64,000 nucleotides of DNA from an uncultured delta proteobacterium (GTDB lineage: Bacteria > Desulfobacterota > Binatia > JACPRU01): NCBI GenBank assembly GCA_963745025.1, contig CAVUWD010000011.1, positions 64,001 through 128,000 on the forward strand, given 5' to 3'. A program made the position numbers and the translations under genes. This document shows, in pieces, positions 35,044 through 43,930 of this stretch. Position 1 is the first letter of the stretch. Every line of letters starts with the position of its first letter. The notes beneath the pieces were generated by a model. The model made no database searches and had not been told where the DNA came from. It saw nothing but the letters and a program-made list of their open reading frames with translations.

Positions 35044-36216
35044 TCAAAGGTCGCCGGCTCGTCGTTCGGCGAAGCGCAGGCCGATGAGCGCGAGCGGAAA
35101 CACCCAGAGCCCGATCGCCATTGCCCAGACGAACCAGTGAATCTCGCCGATCAGGCCGAGGAAAAAGAACAGATAGGCGAACTCGCGGTTTCCGAACAGC
35201 TCCATGAGCCCCTCTGCGCGGGCGGACGGATTCCCGCGCGCGATTACCCAGTAGACGGCGACCCAGGTGACGATCACCCCACCGACTGCAATCACGCCGA
35301 GGCGCAGATAGGGGCCGCTCGGATCCGCGAAGTAGGCGTGCAACGCCACACAGGGAAAGAGCACGGCATGCACGACGTTGTCACCGACGATGTCGAGCTT
35401 CGCTCCTTCGGCCGACTCCTGAAATTTGAGTCGGGCGATCTCGCCGTCGCACCCGTCGATGATCGTCGAGGCGAGGAAGAGGAACGAGCCGAGCAGCCCG
35501 AATCCGTAGGTCGGGCGGAGAAGGAGCAGCGCACCGACGATGCCGAGACCGATCGAGAAGATCGTGATGTGGTTCGGCGTGATCGGATACGGCGCGAGCC
35601 AGCGCGAGATCGCCCGTGACATCGCGCGATCGACGTAGCGGGCGAAACGATTCGTGGTGTTGCGCGCCAGCCTCTCGAAGAGCGCGTCCTCGGCCGCGCG
35701 GACGCCGTGATCGAACGTCACGCGCACGTAGAGAGGCGGCGCTTCGATCCGGCGAAACGTCCGTGCGCGTTGGCGGAGCGGGCTCCAACCGGTCGCGACG
35801 AGGGCGGCGATCTCGTCGCCATCGGCGGAGAATGGCCCCTCGGCCGAAGCCGCCGCCGGCTCGCCGCGCGCGGCCGCCAGCTCGGCGAGATGTGCGGCGT
35901 CGACGATCCAGCGGTCGGAGAACACCACCCAGCGCCCGCCCGCCGCACGGATGCCATCGAGCCATCCCTCGGCGGGGCGGAGCACCTCCCATTGCCTGCC
36001 GGCGAGATGGCGGTCGTCCGAGAGCGCCCGGCGGATCCCCTCCGCCAGGCCATCCGCGACGATGATGATGCGCTCGAAGCCCGCGCGACATGCCGTGTAG
36101 ACCGCGCGCCGCCACAGCTCGAGTCCCGCGACCCGATCCGAAGGCTCGCTACACCAGACCAGGATCTGGCTGCCGGGCACGCGTCGGTCGAGGCCGCCGC
36201 TCAAATCGAGCGCCAT
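35044..36216 (-). CDS. CDP-alcohol phosphatidyltransferase with a degenerate N-terminal nucleotidyltransferase-like domain (IPCT/DIPPS-like layout)
   Basis: ITPNHIT, DGCDGEIARLKFQES..GAKLDIVGD; N-terminal RVAGLELWRRAV...AGFERIIIV; TGATG overlap with the upstream gene. Confidence 0.85.
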   Translation of the reverse strand: MALDLSGGLDRRVPGSQILVWCSEPSDRVAGLELWRRAVYTACRAGFERIIIVADGLAEGIRRALSDDRHLAGRQWEVLRPAEGWLDGIRAAGGRWVVFSDRWIVDAAHLAELAAARGEPAAASAEGPFSADGDEIAALVATGWSPLRQRARTFRRIEAPPLYVRVTFDHGVRAAEDALFERLARNTTNRFARYVDRAMSRAISRWLAPYPITPNHITIFSIGLGIVGALLLLRPTYGFGLLGSFLFLASTIIDGCDGEIARLKFQESAEGAKLDIVGDNVVHAVLFPCVALHAYFADPSGPYLRLGVIAVGGVIVTWVAVYWVIARGNPSARAEGLMELFGNREFAYLFFFLGLIGEIHWFVWAMAIGLWVFPLALIGLRFAERRAGDL

Positions 36217-37250
36217 CAGCCCTCTTCCCGGGCCGGCTCCGTCGGCTCGACGAGCGAGACGAGCTGCCCGTCGGAACGATAGGCGGCCGCCACCAGCTCG
36301 GCCACACAGACTGCCTCGGCGAGATTTCGCCCGCGCTGGTCCGCGTGCTGCATCTCGGCGCGGAAATCTTCGAGCAGCGCCGGAAACCACTCGGGATGGT
36401 AGGAACTCGCCGAGAGCGGCGGCGAGAAGCGGGTTTCCTCGGCGGGTCGATTGGTCGGGGTCACCACGAGGCGATCGTCCTCGATCGCAATATCGCCGAG
36501 GGAGCCACGAACGACGCCCGCGGTTCGGCGCTCGGCCGCTCCCCAGCGGAGCTCGATTCGCCCCCGTGGCCCGCCGAAGTCGATCTCGCACTCGACACGA
36601 TCTTCGACGCCGAAGCCGAGCTCGGCACCGATTCGCGCCGAGATCGATCGCGGCGGCCGCCCGGTGAGGAACCGCATGAGATAGAAGGCATGCCAGCCGT
36701 GGTCCATGAGAATGCCTCCACCCGCCTGCTCGCGATCGAGACGCCAGCCCGCCTCGCTCGCCCCTCGCGGTGGGTTCGGCCGGAGCACCCGCCAATCGAT
36801 CGCGACGAGCTCGCCGATCGCGCCGGCGCGCAACAAGCCGTGAAGGCGGCGGAAGAGCGGCGCGTACTTCCAGTTGTGAACGGTGAATACCGCGCGCCCG
36901 CTTCGCCGGGCGACCCTACGGATCTCGCCGATCTCGCCGAGATCGAGGGCGAGCGGCTTCTCGCAGAGCACATGGAGGCCGCGATCGAGCGCCTCGATCA
37001 CGATCGGAGCGTGGAAGCGCGGCGGCGTGGCGACGTCGACGAAGTCGAGCTTCGGCTCCGCTTCCACCGCAGAAGCGAAATCGCCGTAGGCCCGCGCGCC
37101 GGGCAGCGCGGCGAGCGCTCGAGCCCGCTCCGCTTCGGAGGGCTCGATCACGGCCGCGATCTCGAAGGCCGGCGTCGCCCGGAAGCCCGGCAGGTGCGCT
37201 TCGGCGGCAACCCGGCCGAAGCCGATGATCGCACCCCTGTGTTTCTTCAC
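36216..37250 (-). CDS. Gfo/Idh/MocA family oxidoreductase
   Basis: IIGFGRVA, VATPP..H, HVLCEKP, GGGILMDHGWH. Confidence 0.9.
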   Translation of the reverse strand: MKKHRGAIIGFGRVAAEAHLPGFRATPAFEIAAVIEPSEAERARALAALPGARAYGDFASAVEAEPKLDFVDVATPPRFHAPIVIEALDRGLHVLCEKPLALDLGEIGEIRRVARRSGRAVFTVHNWKYAPLFRRLHGLLRAGAIGELVAIDWRVLRPNPPRGASEAGWRLDREQAGGGILMDHGWHAFYLMRFLTGRPPRSISARIGAELGFGVEDRVECEIDFGGPRGRIELRWGAAERRTAGVVRGSLGDIAIEDDRLVVTPTNRPAEETRFSPPLSASSYHPEWFPALLEDFRAEMQHADQRGRNLAEAVCVAELVAAAYRSDGQLVSLVEPTEPAREEG

Positions 37251-38596
37251 CGATAGCTGCCATCACGGGCGATCTCGGCGAATACCTCGTCGAGGACACC
37301 GAGCCCGGCGTCCATCTCTTCACGGGTGATCGTCAGGGGCGGATTGATGCGCACGCGCGGCATGTAGCCCATGATCAGCAGCCCGCGACGCAGACACTCG
37401 AGAAAGATCCGCTCGGTGACCTTCTTGGGGAGCGGTTCCTTCGTCTTGCGATCCTTGACGAGATCGAGCCCGATGAGCAGTCCGACACCGCGGACGTCGC
37501 CGAGGAACTCGTACTTCTCCTGCATGGCTCGAAGGCGCGATTTCATCTCCGCCCCGAGATCCGCGGAGCGCTCCACGAGATTCTCGTCGATGATGGTTTC
37601 GAGCGTGGCGAGCGCGGCGGTGGCGGCGAGCGGGTTACCGCCGTAGCTCGAAGAAGCGCCCGATGGCTTCGCCCATGGCTCGGCCCGCGAGATGTCGTCG
37701 GTCGAGATCACCGCCGTGACCGGGTAGCCGGAGGCCATGCCCTTGCCGGTCGTCATGATGTCGGGAACGACGCCGCTGTGCTCTACGCCGAACATCTTGC
37801 CGGTGCGGGCGAAGCCGGTGATCATCTCATCGGCGATCAACAGGGCTCCCGCCTCGTGTGCGATGTCGCGGATCGCGGGCAAGAATTCGGGCGGCGGCAC
37901 GACGTTGCCGGCTGTTCCCTGCATCGGTTCGATGAGCACCGCGCTGACGGCGCCGGAGGTCGCATTCCGGATGGTCTTCCGCGCGAACTCGGCGCAGGCC
38001 ACGCCGCAGCTCGGGTAGTCGAGGCCGATCGGGCAGCGGTAGCAGTCGGCGTAGGGCGTGAGAAATCGTCCCCCGGGAAGCGGCCCCCAGCCGTGCTTGC
38101 CCTCGTCACCCATCAGCCCCATCACGCCGGTCGTCTTTCCGTGGAAGCCGCCCCAAAAGCCGACGACCTCGTACGACTTGGTGTAGGACTTGGCGAGCCG
38201 GATCGCGGCCTCCACGGCCTCCGCCCCACTCGAATAGAGCTGCGCTCGGTCGAGCGCGCCGGGCATCACGGCGGCGAGCTTCTTCAGAAAGTCCAGGCGG
38301 TTCGGGGTGGTGAAGCTGCCGACCGAGATCCGTCGAATCTGCGCTTCCATCCGCTCGACCCAGTGCGGATGCGAGTGGCCGAGGCTCGCCACGGCCACGC
38401 CCGCAAAGAAGTCGACGTAGCGGTTGCCGTCGGCATCCTCGATCGTCGCACCCTTCCCGGACGTGAGCGTCAGCTCGGACATCAGCGCGATGCGCTGGAG
38501 GCCAGGCGCGATCGTCCGCTGCTCCTCGGCGAAGATCCGCCGCGACTCGGGCCCGGGGCGAGCGAGAGTCATGCGCCCTTTTTCCTTCACATCCAT
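37247..38596 (-). CDS. Class III PLP-dependent aminotransferase
   Basis: DADGNRYVDF, SGAEAVEAA, GFHGKT, IEPMQG, LIADEMITGFARTG, DIMTTGKG, SSYGGNP. Confidence 0.92.
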   Translation of the reverse strand: MDVKEKGRMTLARPGPESRRIFAEEQRTIAPGLQRIALMSELTLTSGKGATIEDADGNRYVDFFAGVAVASLGHSHPHWVERMEAQIRRISVGSFTTPNRLDFLKKLAAVMPGALDRAQLYSSGAEAVEAAIRLAKSYTKSYEVVGFWGGFHGKTTGVMGLMGDEGKHGWGPLPGGRFLTPYADCYRCPIGLDYPSCGVACAEFARKTIRNATSGAVSAVLIEPMQGTAGNVVPPPEFLPAIRDIAHEAGALLIADEMITGFARTGKMFGVEHSGVVPDIMTTGKGMASGYPVTAVISTDDISRAEPWAKPSGASSSYGGNPLAATAALATLETIIDENLVERSADLGAEMKSRLRAMQEKYEFLGDVRGVGLLIGLDLVKDRKTKEPLPKKVTERIFLECLRRGLLIMGYMPRVRINPPLTITREEMDAGLGVLDEVFAEIARDGSYR

Positions 38597-38600
38597 CGTT

Positions 38601-39416
38601 TTATCGCTCGGCTACGGGGCTACGGGGGCACGGTGCCTCTCGCGTAGCCGTTATTTCCCTCAGCCGCCGGCCTATCGCTCCCGCCGCCTCGGTCCGGCAG
38701 CGGGAGAAGCTCGGCCAGTCGTTGAAGTCGATCAGCGTGAGCGATCTGTCGGCGGCGCAGACGCCGTCACCGCCGTAGACGTCGAGCCCGAGCGCGGCGG
38801 CCCCGCGCTCGGCCAGCGTCGCAGCGCGGTCCTGCTGGCCGGCGGGCAACCCGTAGGCCCGGAAGAACCCCCCTTTGACTCCATAGAACTTGTACACGGC
38901 TCCCTCGACGTGCTCCTGCACGATCGCTTGGCCAATACCCCGGTGCTCGAACTCTGCGGTCATTCGCGCCCAGTCGTCCTCCGTGAATACTCGATGTACG
39001 TCGCCCGCCTGCATGGCATGCACATCCCCGCGTTTCAACCACGGACCCGAACCGAGAGACCCAGGAAATCGCTCGCCCGCGAGCGCCCAGCGGGGCTGCG
39101 GCACGCCCGCTCGCGCGAGCCGTTCGACGAGATTCGTGCGATGGCAGCCGCGGATGGCCTCGGGATGGTTCACCACGGGGGTCCGCTTTGCGACCTCGTC
39201 CAGCCATCCGAGCGCCGCGGCGCTCTGACACATGGCGAAGACCAACGCGGGACGAGTCTCCAATCGTGGCAATCGGTCGCCGTCGAGCATGCGCACCCGG
39301 AGGCCAGCGCGGCGGAGCTCCGCGGCGACGAGGTCGATGATGGCGCGGTCGTCCTCCACCTTGCCGGGAGAAAAGCGCTCCTCCCGATAGATGCCGATGA
39401 CGTCGCCCTCAGCCAT
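38601..39416 (-). CDS. ATP-grasp protein resembling inositol-phosphate kinases (ITPK1-like)
   Basis: WLKRGDVH, IVQEHVEG.VYKFYGV, GLDVYGGD, LIDFNDWPSF. Confidence 0.7.
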   Translation of the reverse strand: MAEGDVIGIYREERFSPGKVEDDRAIIDLVAAELRRAGLRVRMLDGDRLPRLETRPALVFAMCQSAAALGWLDEVAKRTPVVNHPEAIRGCHRTNLVERLARAGVPQPRWALAGERFPGSLGSGPWLKRGDVHAMQAGDVHRVFTEDDWARMTAEFEHRGIGQAIVQEHVEGAVYKFYGVKGGFFRAYGLPAGQQDRAATLAERGAAALGLDVYGGDGVCAADRSLTLIDFNDWPSFSRCRTEAAGAIGRRLREITATREAPCPRSPVAER

Positions 39417-40107
39417 TGACCTTCAGGAATTGCTCCGCGACCGCGACGTCCTCGGGACGATCGACGTCCACCGAGTCGCCGGCCCGGAACCCGTGGAGCG
39501 GCGCACCCTCCTCGACGAGAAGCGCGAGAAATTCGCGAAGCGCCGAGAGCTTTCGCCGGCGCGCCTCGCCGACGTGGTCGTAGACGACCGGGAAGAAGAA
39601 GTATGCCCCGCTCGTCACCCAGCCGCTTCCCACAGCGGTTGCGCCGAGCGCGACGATCTCCTCCTCTGCCCCGAGTCTTACCCAGAGCGGTTTTTCGTCG
39701 TCCACGAAGCTCGTGACCGCCAGCGTCCCCGTCGGTCCCGCGGCGAGGCCGGCGCGCGCCAGCGCTGCGAGCGTCCGCTTGGCGGTGATCGCGTCGACGG
39801 TGGTGAGAAGGAATGGGGAGTCGTGCAGCTGAGGCTCGAGGGCGAAGAAGCTCTCCATCGAACTCGGTGTCGTCTTCACCGTGAGCTCGACCGGTACCGG
39901 CCATCGCTCTGCGCGCACGTAGCGAGCGACCTCGGGGAACTCGGCATTGACGATCAGCGCCACCGTTTCCGCTCCGGAGGCGGCCGCCGACTCGATCGCG
40001 CGCCGCAGCAGCGTCTTGCCCCCCACGTTCAAGAGCGGCTTCGGGGTGGCGATGCCGGCGCTGCGAAAGCGCTCTCCGAGGCCGGCGGCGATGATCCCCG
40101 CCTTCAT
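39409..40107 (-). CDS. Nucleotidyltransferase (NTP_transferase family)
   Basis: MKAGIIAAGLGERF...PKPL, KTTPSSMESF, LTTVD, DDEKPL, DVDRPED; ATGA overlap with the HAD stop. Confidence 0.88.
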   Translation of the reverse strand: MKAGIIAAGLGERFRSAGIATPKPLLNVGGKTLLRRAIESAAASGAETVALIVNAEFPEVARYVRAERWPVPVELTVKTTPSSMESFFALEPQLHDSPFLLTTVDAITAKRTLAALARAGLAAGPTGTLAVTSFVDDEKPLWVRLGAEEEIVALGATAVGSGWVTSGAYFFFPVVYDHVGEARRRKLSALREFLALLVEEGAPLHGFRAGDSVDVDRPEDVAVAEQFLKVNG

Positions 40108-40790
40108 CGAAGCGCTCCGCCCGGAAGCGGCTCTATCTCCTCGAGCCGGGAAATCACCCGATCGGCGATGCCCGCCTCCGGCGGTGGCGCGCTTCCGCGG
40201 CGGAGCCAGATCGCGCGCATGCCGATCGTCCGTGCGGCGCGAACGTCGCGGTCGAAGTTGTCGCCGACCATGACGACGTCCTCGGGGGGAAGCGCCAGCC
40301 GTGCGGCGGCGAGCCGATAGATCGCCGGATCGGGCTTCTCGATTCCGACCCGCACCGATTCGACGACCGCATCGAGGAACGGCGAAAGGCCGGCTTCCTC
40401 GAGAAGGACATCGAGATTTCCGTAGAAGTTGGAGACCACTCCGAGCCGCGATCCCCCGTGCAAACGCGACAGCGTCGCGCGCGAACGCTGCCAGCCCTCT
40501 GCGGTCATTTCGCAAAATCCCCGGACGACCTCGGCGGCGAAGCGCCGCGCACCGCCGCCGAGCACGGCCATCTGCAGCTCGACGTGACGCTCGAGAAGAG
40601 CGCGGAGTCGTAATCCCTGGCGTCGTGCTTCTTCAGCGATGATCTGCTCCGCACCGTAGAACGCCTGCTTGATCTGCTGCTCGGGTATTTGGCAGCCAGA
40701 GCGCCGGTAGAGGTAAAGCGTGCGATCGAACCAGTGCCAGCCCTCGCCGTCGAGCGTGCCGCCGTAATCGAAGAGATAGCCGCGAGGCAG
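40104..40790 (-). CDS. HAD family hydrolase (probable CTG start)
   Basis: Motif I FDYGGTLD lies upstream of the ORF-track ATG in the same open frame; also VVSNFYGN, EKPDP, MVGDN..RD. GGAGG lies 9 nt before CTG 40790. Confidence 0.85.
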   Translation of the reverse strand: MPRGYLFDYGGTLDGEGWHWFDRTLYLYRRSGCQIPEQQIKQAFYGAEQIIAEEARRQGLRLRALLERHVELQMAVLGGGARRFAAEVVRGFCEMTAEGWQRSRATLSRLHGGSRLGVVSNFYGNLDVLLEEAGLSPFLDAVVESVRVGIEKPDPAIYRLAAARLALPPEDVVMVGDNFDRDVRAARTIGMRAIWLRRGSAPPPEAGIADRVISRLEEIEPLPGGALR

Positions 40791-40794
40791 ACCG

Positions 40795-41664
40795 CTATTC
40801 CTCCCCGCGCGGCGCGCGGTGTCCTTCGAGACCCCCGTTCATTTCCGAGAACATCACCTCACCGAGCGACGCTTTGCGATAGCCGACGGGCGGCTTGAAC
40901 TCGGCTTCGGGGATGTCCCCCTTCTCGATCGTCTCAATCTCGGTTTTGGTCAGCGCCTGGCCTCCGGAATGAGACACGGCCTTCAGCGGCCACCCCTGCG
41001 GATAGAGCATCTGATAGATCTTCCCCTCGTCGACGCCCTTGGTGTGCGCGTCCGGATCGCTCGACTGCGCGCACGCCGAGACCCGGCTCATCAGCGCGGA
41101 GGCCTTATCGAGCGCAAACTCTCGGGCGAGGGCGGGATCGGTGGTCAGCCAGTCCTCTTCGTAGAGCTTGCCGTCGACGAGCACTCGATACTTGCGCGTC
41201 GGTTGCCCGGCGATGGCCGCGGTGTCGTCGGTACGCTCCAACTTGATCACGCCTGGCCCGGGCGCTTCCTTCTCCGCCTCCGCCGCTCGCTTCGCCGCCA
41301 GGGTCTTGCGCAGCTCCTCCACCTTGGCGCGCTGATCGGGGGGAAGCTTCGAGAGCTGAGCCTCCATCTGCTGTTCCATGGACTTGGCAATCGATTTTGC
41401 GGTCTCGCGGATCGTGGTGCAAAGCTCCTCGATCGTGCCCTCCCAGTAGACCCTGTGGTCGGGATTGGACATCCACGCTCGCGCGGTGGCGAGATCGAAG
41501 ACCGACTGTGGCCCCTCGCCCGCGAGTTCCTTGACCTTGCCCTTCGAGACCAGAGTACGACCGCCCTCCTTGTCGGTGAGCACGAAGCCCGCCTCGACCG
41601 TAGAGCTGGCGAGCGCCGTCCCGAGCACCACGAGACCCACGACACCACCGATCGGAAGCTTCAT
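40795..41664 (-). CDS. Exported DUF4412-like protein
   Basis: Signal peptide; IAGQPTRKY...EDWLT and IPEAEFKPPVGY are typical of DUF4412-type proteins. Confidence 0.6.
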   Translation of the reverse strand: MKLPIGGVVGLVVLGTALASSTVEAGFVLTDKEGGRTLVSKGKVKELAGEGPQSVFDLATARAWMSNPDHRVYWEGTIEELCTTIRETAKSIAKSMEQQMEAQLSKLPPDQRAKVEELRKTLAAKRAAEAEKEAPGPGVIKLERTDDTAAIAGQPTRKYRVLVDGKLYEEDWLTTDPALAREFALDKASALMSRVSACAQSSDPDAHTKGVDEGKIYQMLYPQGWPLKAVSHSGGQALTKTEIETIEKGDIPEAEFKPPVGYRKASLGEVMFSEMNGGLEGHRAPRGEE

Positions 41665-41810
41665 CGTCGTCTCCTCACCACGGTTCCCTTTGCACCGAGC
41701 CACCGGCCTTTAGCATGCCTGCGACGAGAACCAATTGCAGCGGCCGACCTCCGCTGGCGCCCCTGCCGGGCTCGGCTCCCGCATCACCCGCGTCGGCGCG
41801 GCGGCCGCGC

Positions 41811-42659
41811 TCACGAGCGCATCGGCGGACGCTCGGCGAGCACGGCCTCGATCTTCTTACGCAGACGGCGCAGGGTGCGCTCAAGCCGCGCACGCGGCTC
41901 ATCGGTGATCCGCTCGGGGAGCGCGGCGAGCTTGCGGCCGAGCCGACGCGCGGCATTGATCGCCTGCCGGACCTCCGGCTCGGCCGCCGTTTTGGAGGTC
42001 AGCTCCTCGCGGAAGCCCTTCACGGACAGCCGTGCGAGCTTTGCCCGCCGCCAGAGCTCGAGCATGGCCTGCTCGTCCTTCTGCCGGGCTACGCCGATGA
42101 GAATGTCGCGCGAGATCGTCGGGTCGGCGCTGTACTCGTCCTGGATCACCTGTGGCAGCCGGGTGAGCGCCAGCGTGTTGCTCACGTGAGGCCGGCTCTT
42201 GTGAATGAGATCGGCGACCTCGGCATGGGTATAGCCCTGCGCGCCGATCAGCGCGGCGATGCCGAGCGCTTCTTCGAGCGGGGTCAAGTCTTCGCGCTGC
42301 AGGTTCTCGATCATGGCGATCTCGAGCGGATGATCGTCGCGGACGAGCGCCGGGATCGCCGTGAGACCCGCCATTCTCGCGGCGCGATATCGCCGCTCTC
42401 CGGCGAGCAACAGGTAGCGTCCATCGCTCTCCCGCTTGACGATCACCGGCTGCAACAGCCCGCGCACGCGAATCGACTCCGCGAGCTCCGCCAGGCTCTG
42501 CTCGTCGAAATAGCGTCGCGGTTGCTCGGGATTGGGACGGATCTGGTCCAGCGACAGCGCCGTGACGATCGTTCGGCGGCCCTTTGAGACCGATCCGGCT
42601 GCCATCAGCCGAACACGACCCTCGTCGGCCGCGGTCGGGATCGGTTCTCTGGTCTCCAT
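41811..42659 (-). CDS. ParB/Spo0J family protein (no adjacent parA)
   Basis: IRPNPEQPR..F, GLLQPVIV, AGERRYRAA, IENLQREDL..LEEA, HTH. Start is uncertain (42674, 42659 or 42605). Confidence 0.88.
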   Translation of the reverse strand: METREPIPTAADEGRVRLMAAGSVSKGRRTIVTALSLDQIRPNPEQPRRYFDEQSLAELAESIRVRGLLQPVIVKRESDGRYLLLAGERRYRAARMAGLTAIPALVRDDHPLEIAMIENLQREDLTPLEEALGIAALIGAQGYTHAEVADLIHKSRPHVSNTLALTRLPQVIQDEYSADPTISRDILIGVARQKDEQAMLELWRRAKLARLSVKGFREELTSKTAAEPEVRQAINAARRLGRKLAALPERITDEPRARLERTLRRLRKKIEAVLAERPPMRS

Positions 42660-42710
42660 CTTGGGCGGGTGCATATTAAAACGCGCTGCGGCTGAATCAC
42701 AAACGCTTTG

Positions 42711-42816
42711 TCGGGGACGTTCTTGACCTTCGTAACCTTCAGCGCGTTCCTCGCGCTAAGAAATCCTGTAAGCAGACAGGCGCGACGAAGGTTACGAAGG
42801 TCAAGAACGTCCCCGA
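42711..42816. repeat. 106-bp element with perfect 30-bp inverted repeats
   Basis: TCGGGGACGTTCTTGACCTTCGTAACCTTC (42711-42740) / exact reverse complement (42787-42816); the spacer holds two small hairpins. Confidence 0.85.
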
Positions 42817-42878
42817 TCGACCGGAGCCTTGTTTTCCCTGCCCACGACCGGTAGCAAAGAATCGCGGGGTTGAGAAAG

Positions 42879-43895
42879 ATGAGGCGCAGAGTGGGGGTCA
42901 TCGCGGCGGTCGCTTTGGCCCTGGCGATCGGCAATGCGCGAGGCTGGGACGAGAGGGACTTTCCACCCCGGCCGGTCGTGGGCTACATGTTCGCGCTCAC
43001 TGGACGTGACACGAGCACGGTGATCGGCGAGCCCCGAAGCTATACCTTCGCCAAGGGAGATACGCTTTACGACGTCGCACGACACCTCGGGCTCGGCATC
43101 AACGAGGTCACCGATGTCCATCCCGATCTCGATGTCTGGCTGCCGCCGGAGGGGGAGCGCGTGGCGTTCCCGACGTGGTGGGTGCTGCCGGAAAGCGACT
43201 ATCAAGGAATCGTCGTCAACATTCCCGAGATGCGGCTCTACTACTTCCCGCCGAACGGAAAGGACAGCGTCCGGACCGTGATCACCTACCCCGTGGGCCT
43301 GGGACGCGACGAGTGGCGGACGCCGACCGGCCGATTCAAGGTGACCGAGAAGACCGTCGATCCCAAATGGGTGATCCCCTCGAGCATCCGTGAGGAGCAC
43401 ATGCGAGAGCGCGGGGATCCCCGGCAGTTCATCGCGGGCGGCGATCCCGACAACCCGCTCGGCCATTACCGGATCCGCTTGTCGCTCCCGCTATACGGCA
43501 TCCACGGCACGAACATCCCGTGGGGAGTCGGCATGGAAGTCAGTCACGGCTGCATCCGGCTCTATCCGGAGGACATCCAGCGGTTGTTTGCGGTCATCCC
43601 GATCGGCACGCCCGGTGAGATCGTCTACGAGCCGGTCAAGATCGGCTCGCGCGACGGCGACGTCTACGTCGAAGTCCATCGCGACATCTACGATACAGGG
43701 TTCGACTATGGCGCGACGGCCAAAGAGCTGCTGCGCTCCAAGAGCTGGGCAAATCTCGTGGATCGGGAAAAGCTATTCGATGCTCTGCATCAGAAGAGCG
43801 GCCTGCCGACCCGCATCTCCGACGGTCAGCCGCTACGGCCGCGCACCGCGGAAGAAGCGCAGCATCGCGGCGCGCTCGGCGTACCGCGGTCTTGA
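42879..43895 (+). CDS. L,D-transpeptidase (ErfK/YbiS/YcfS/YnhG family) with LysM domain
   Basis: KGDTLYDVAR, IVVNIPEMRLYY, YPVGLGR, NPLG, YGIHGTN...VSHGCIRL. Confidence 0.92.
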   Translation: MRRRVGVIAAVALALAIGNARGWDERDFPPRPVVGYMFALTGRDTSTVIGEPRSYTFAKGDTLYDVARHLGLGINEVTDVHPDLDVWLPPEGERVAFPTWWVLPESDYQGIVVNIPEMRLYYFPPNGKDSVRTVITYPVGLGRDEWRTPTGRFKVTEKTVDPKWVIPSSIREEHMRERGDPRQFIAGGDPDNPLGHYRIRLSLPLYGIHGTNIPWGVGMEVSHGCIRLYPEDIQRLFAVIPIGTPGEIVYEPVKIGSRDGDVYVEVHRDIYDTGFDYGATAKELLRSKSWANLVDREKLFDALHQKSGLPTRISDGQPLRPRTAEEAQHRGALGVPRS

Positions 43896-43930
43896 GTGAG
43901 CTCCGCGAGCGCCTTAGAGTGACCTGATTC

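Noticed and set aside
36216-38596. GnnA/GnnB lipid A diamino-sugar pathway
   Set aside because: The aminotransferase is class III, not DegT/GnnB type, and the pair is embedded in a CDP-alcohol operon. Kept only as a weak alternative.
42711-42816. Canonical parS site or Tn3 terminal repeat
   Set aside because: No TGTTTCACGTGAAACA, no 38-bp Tn3 consensus and no 5-bp duplication.
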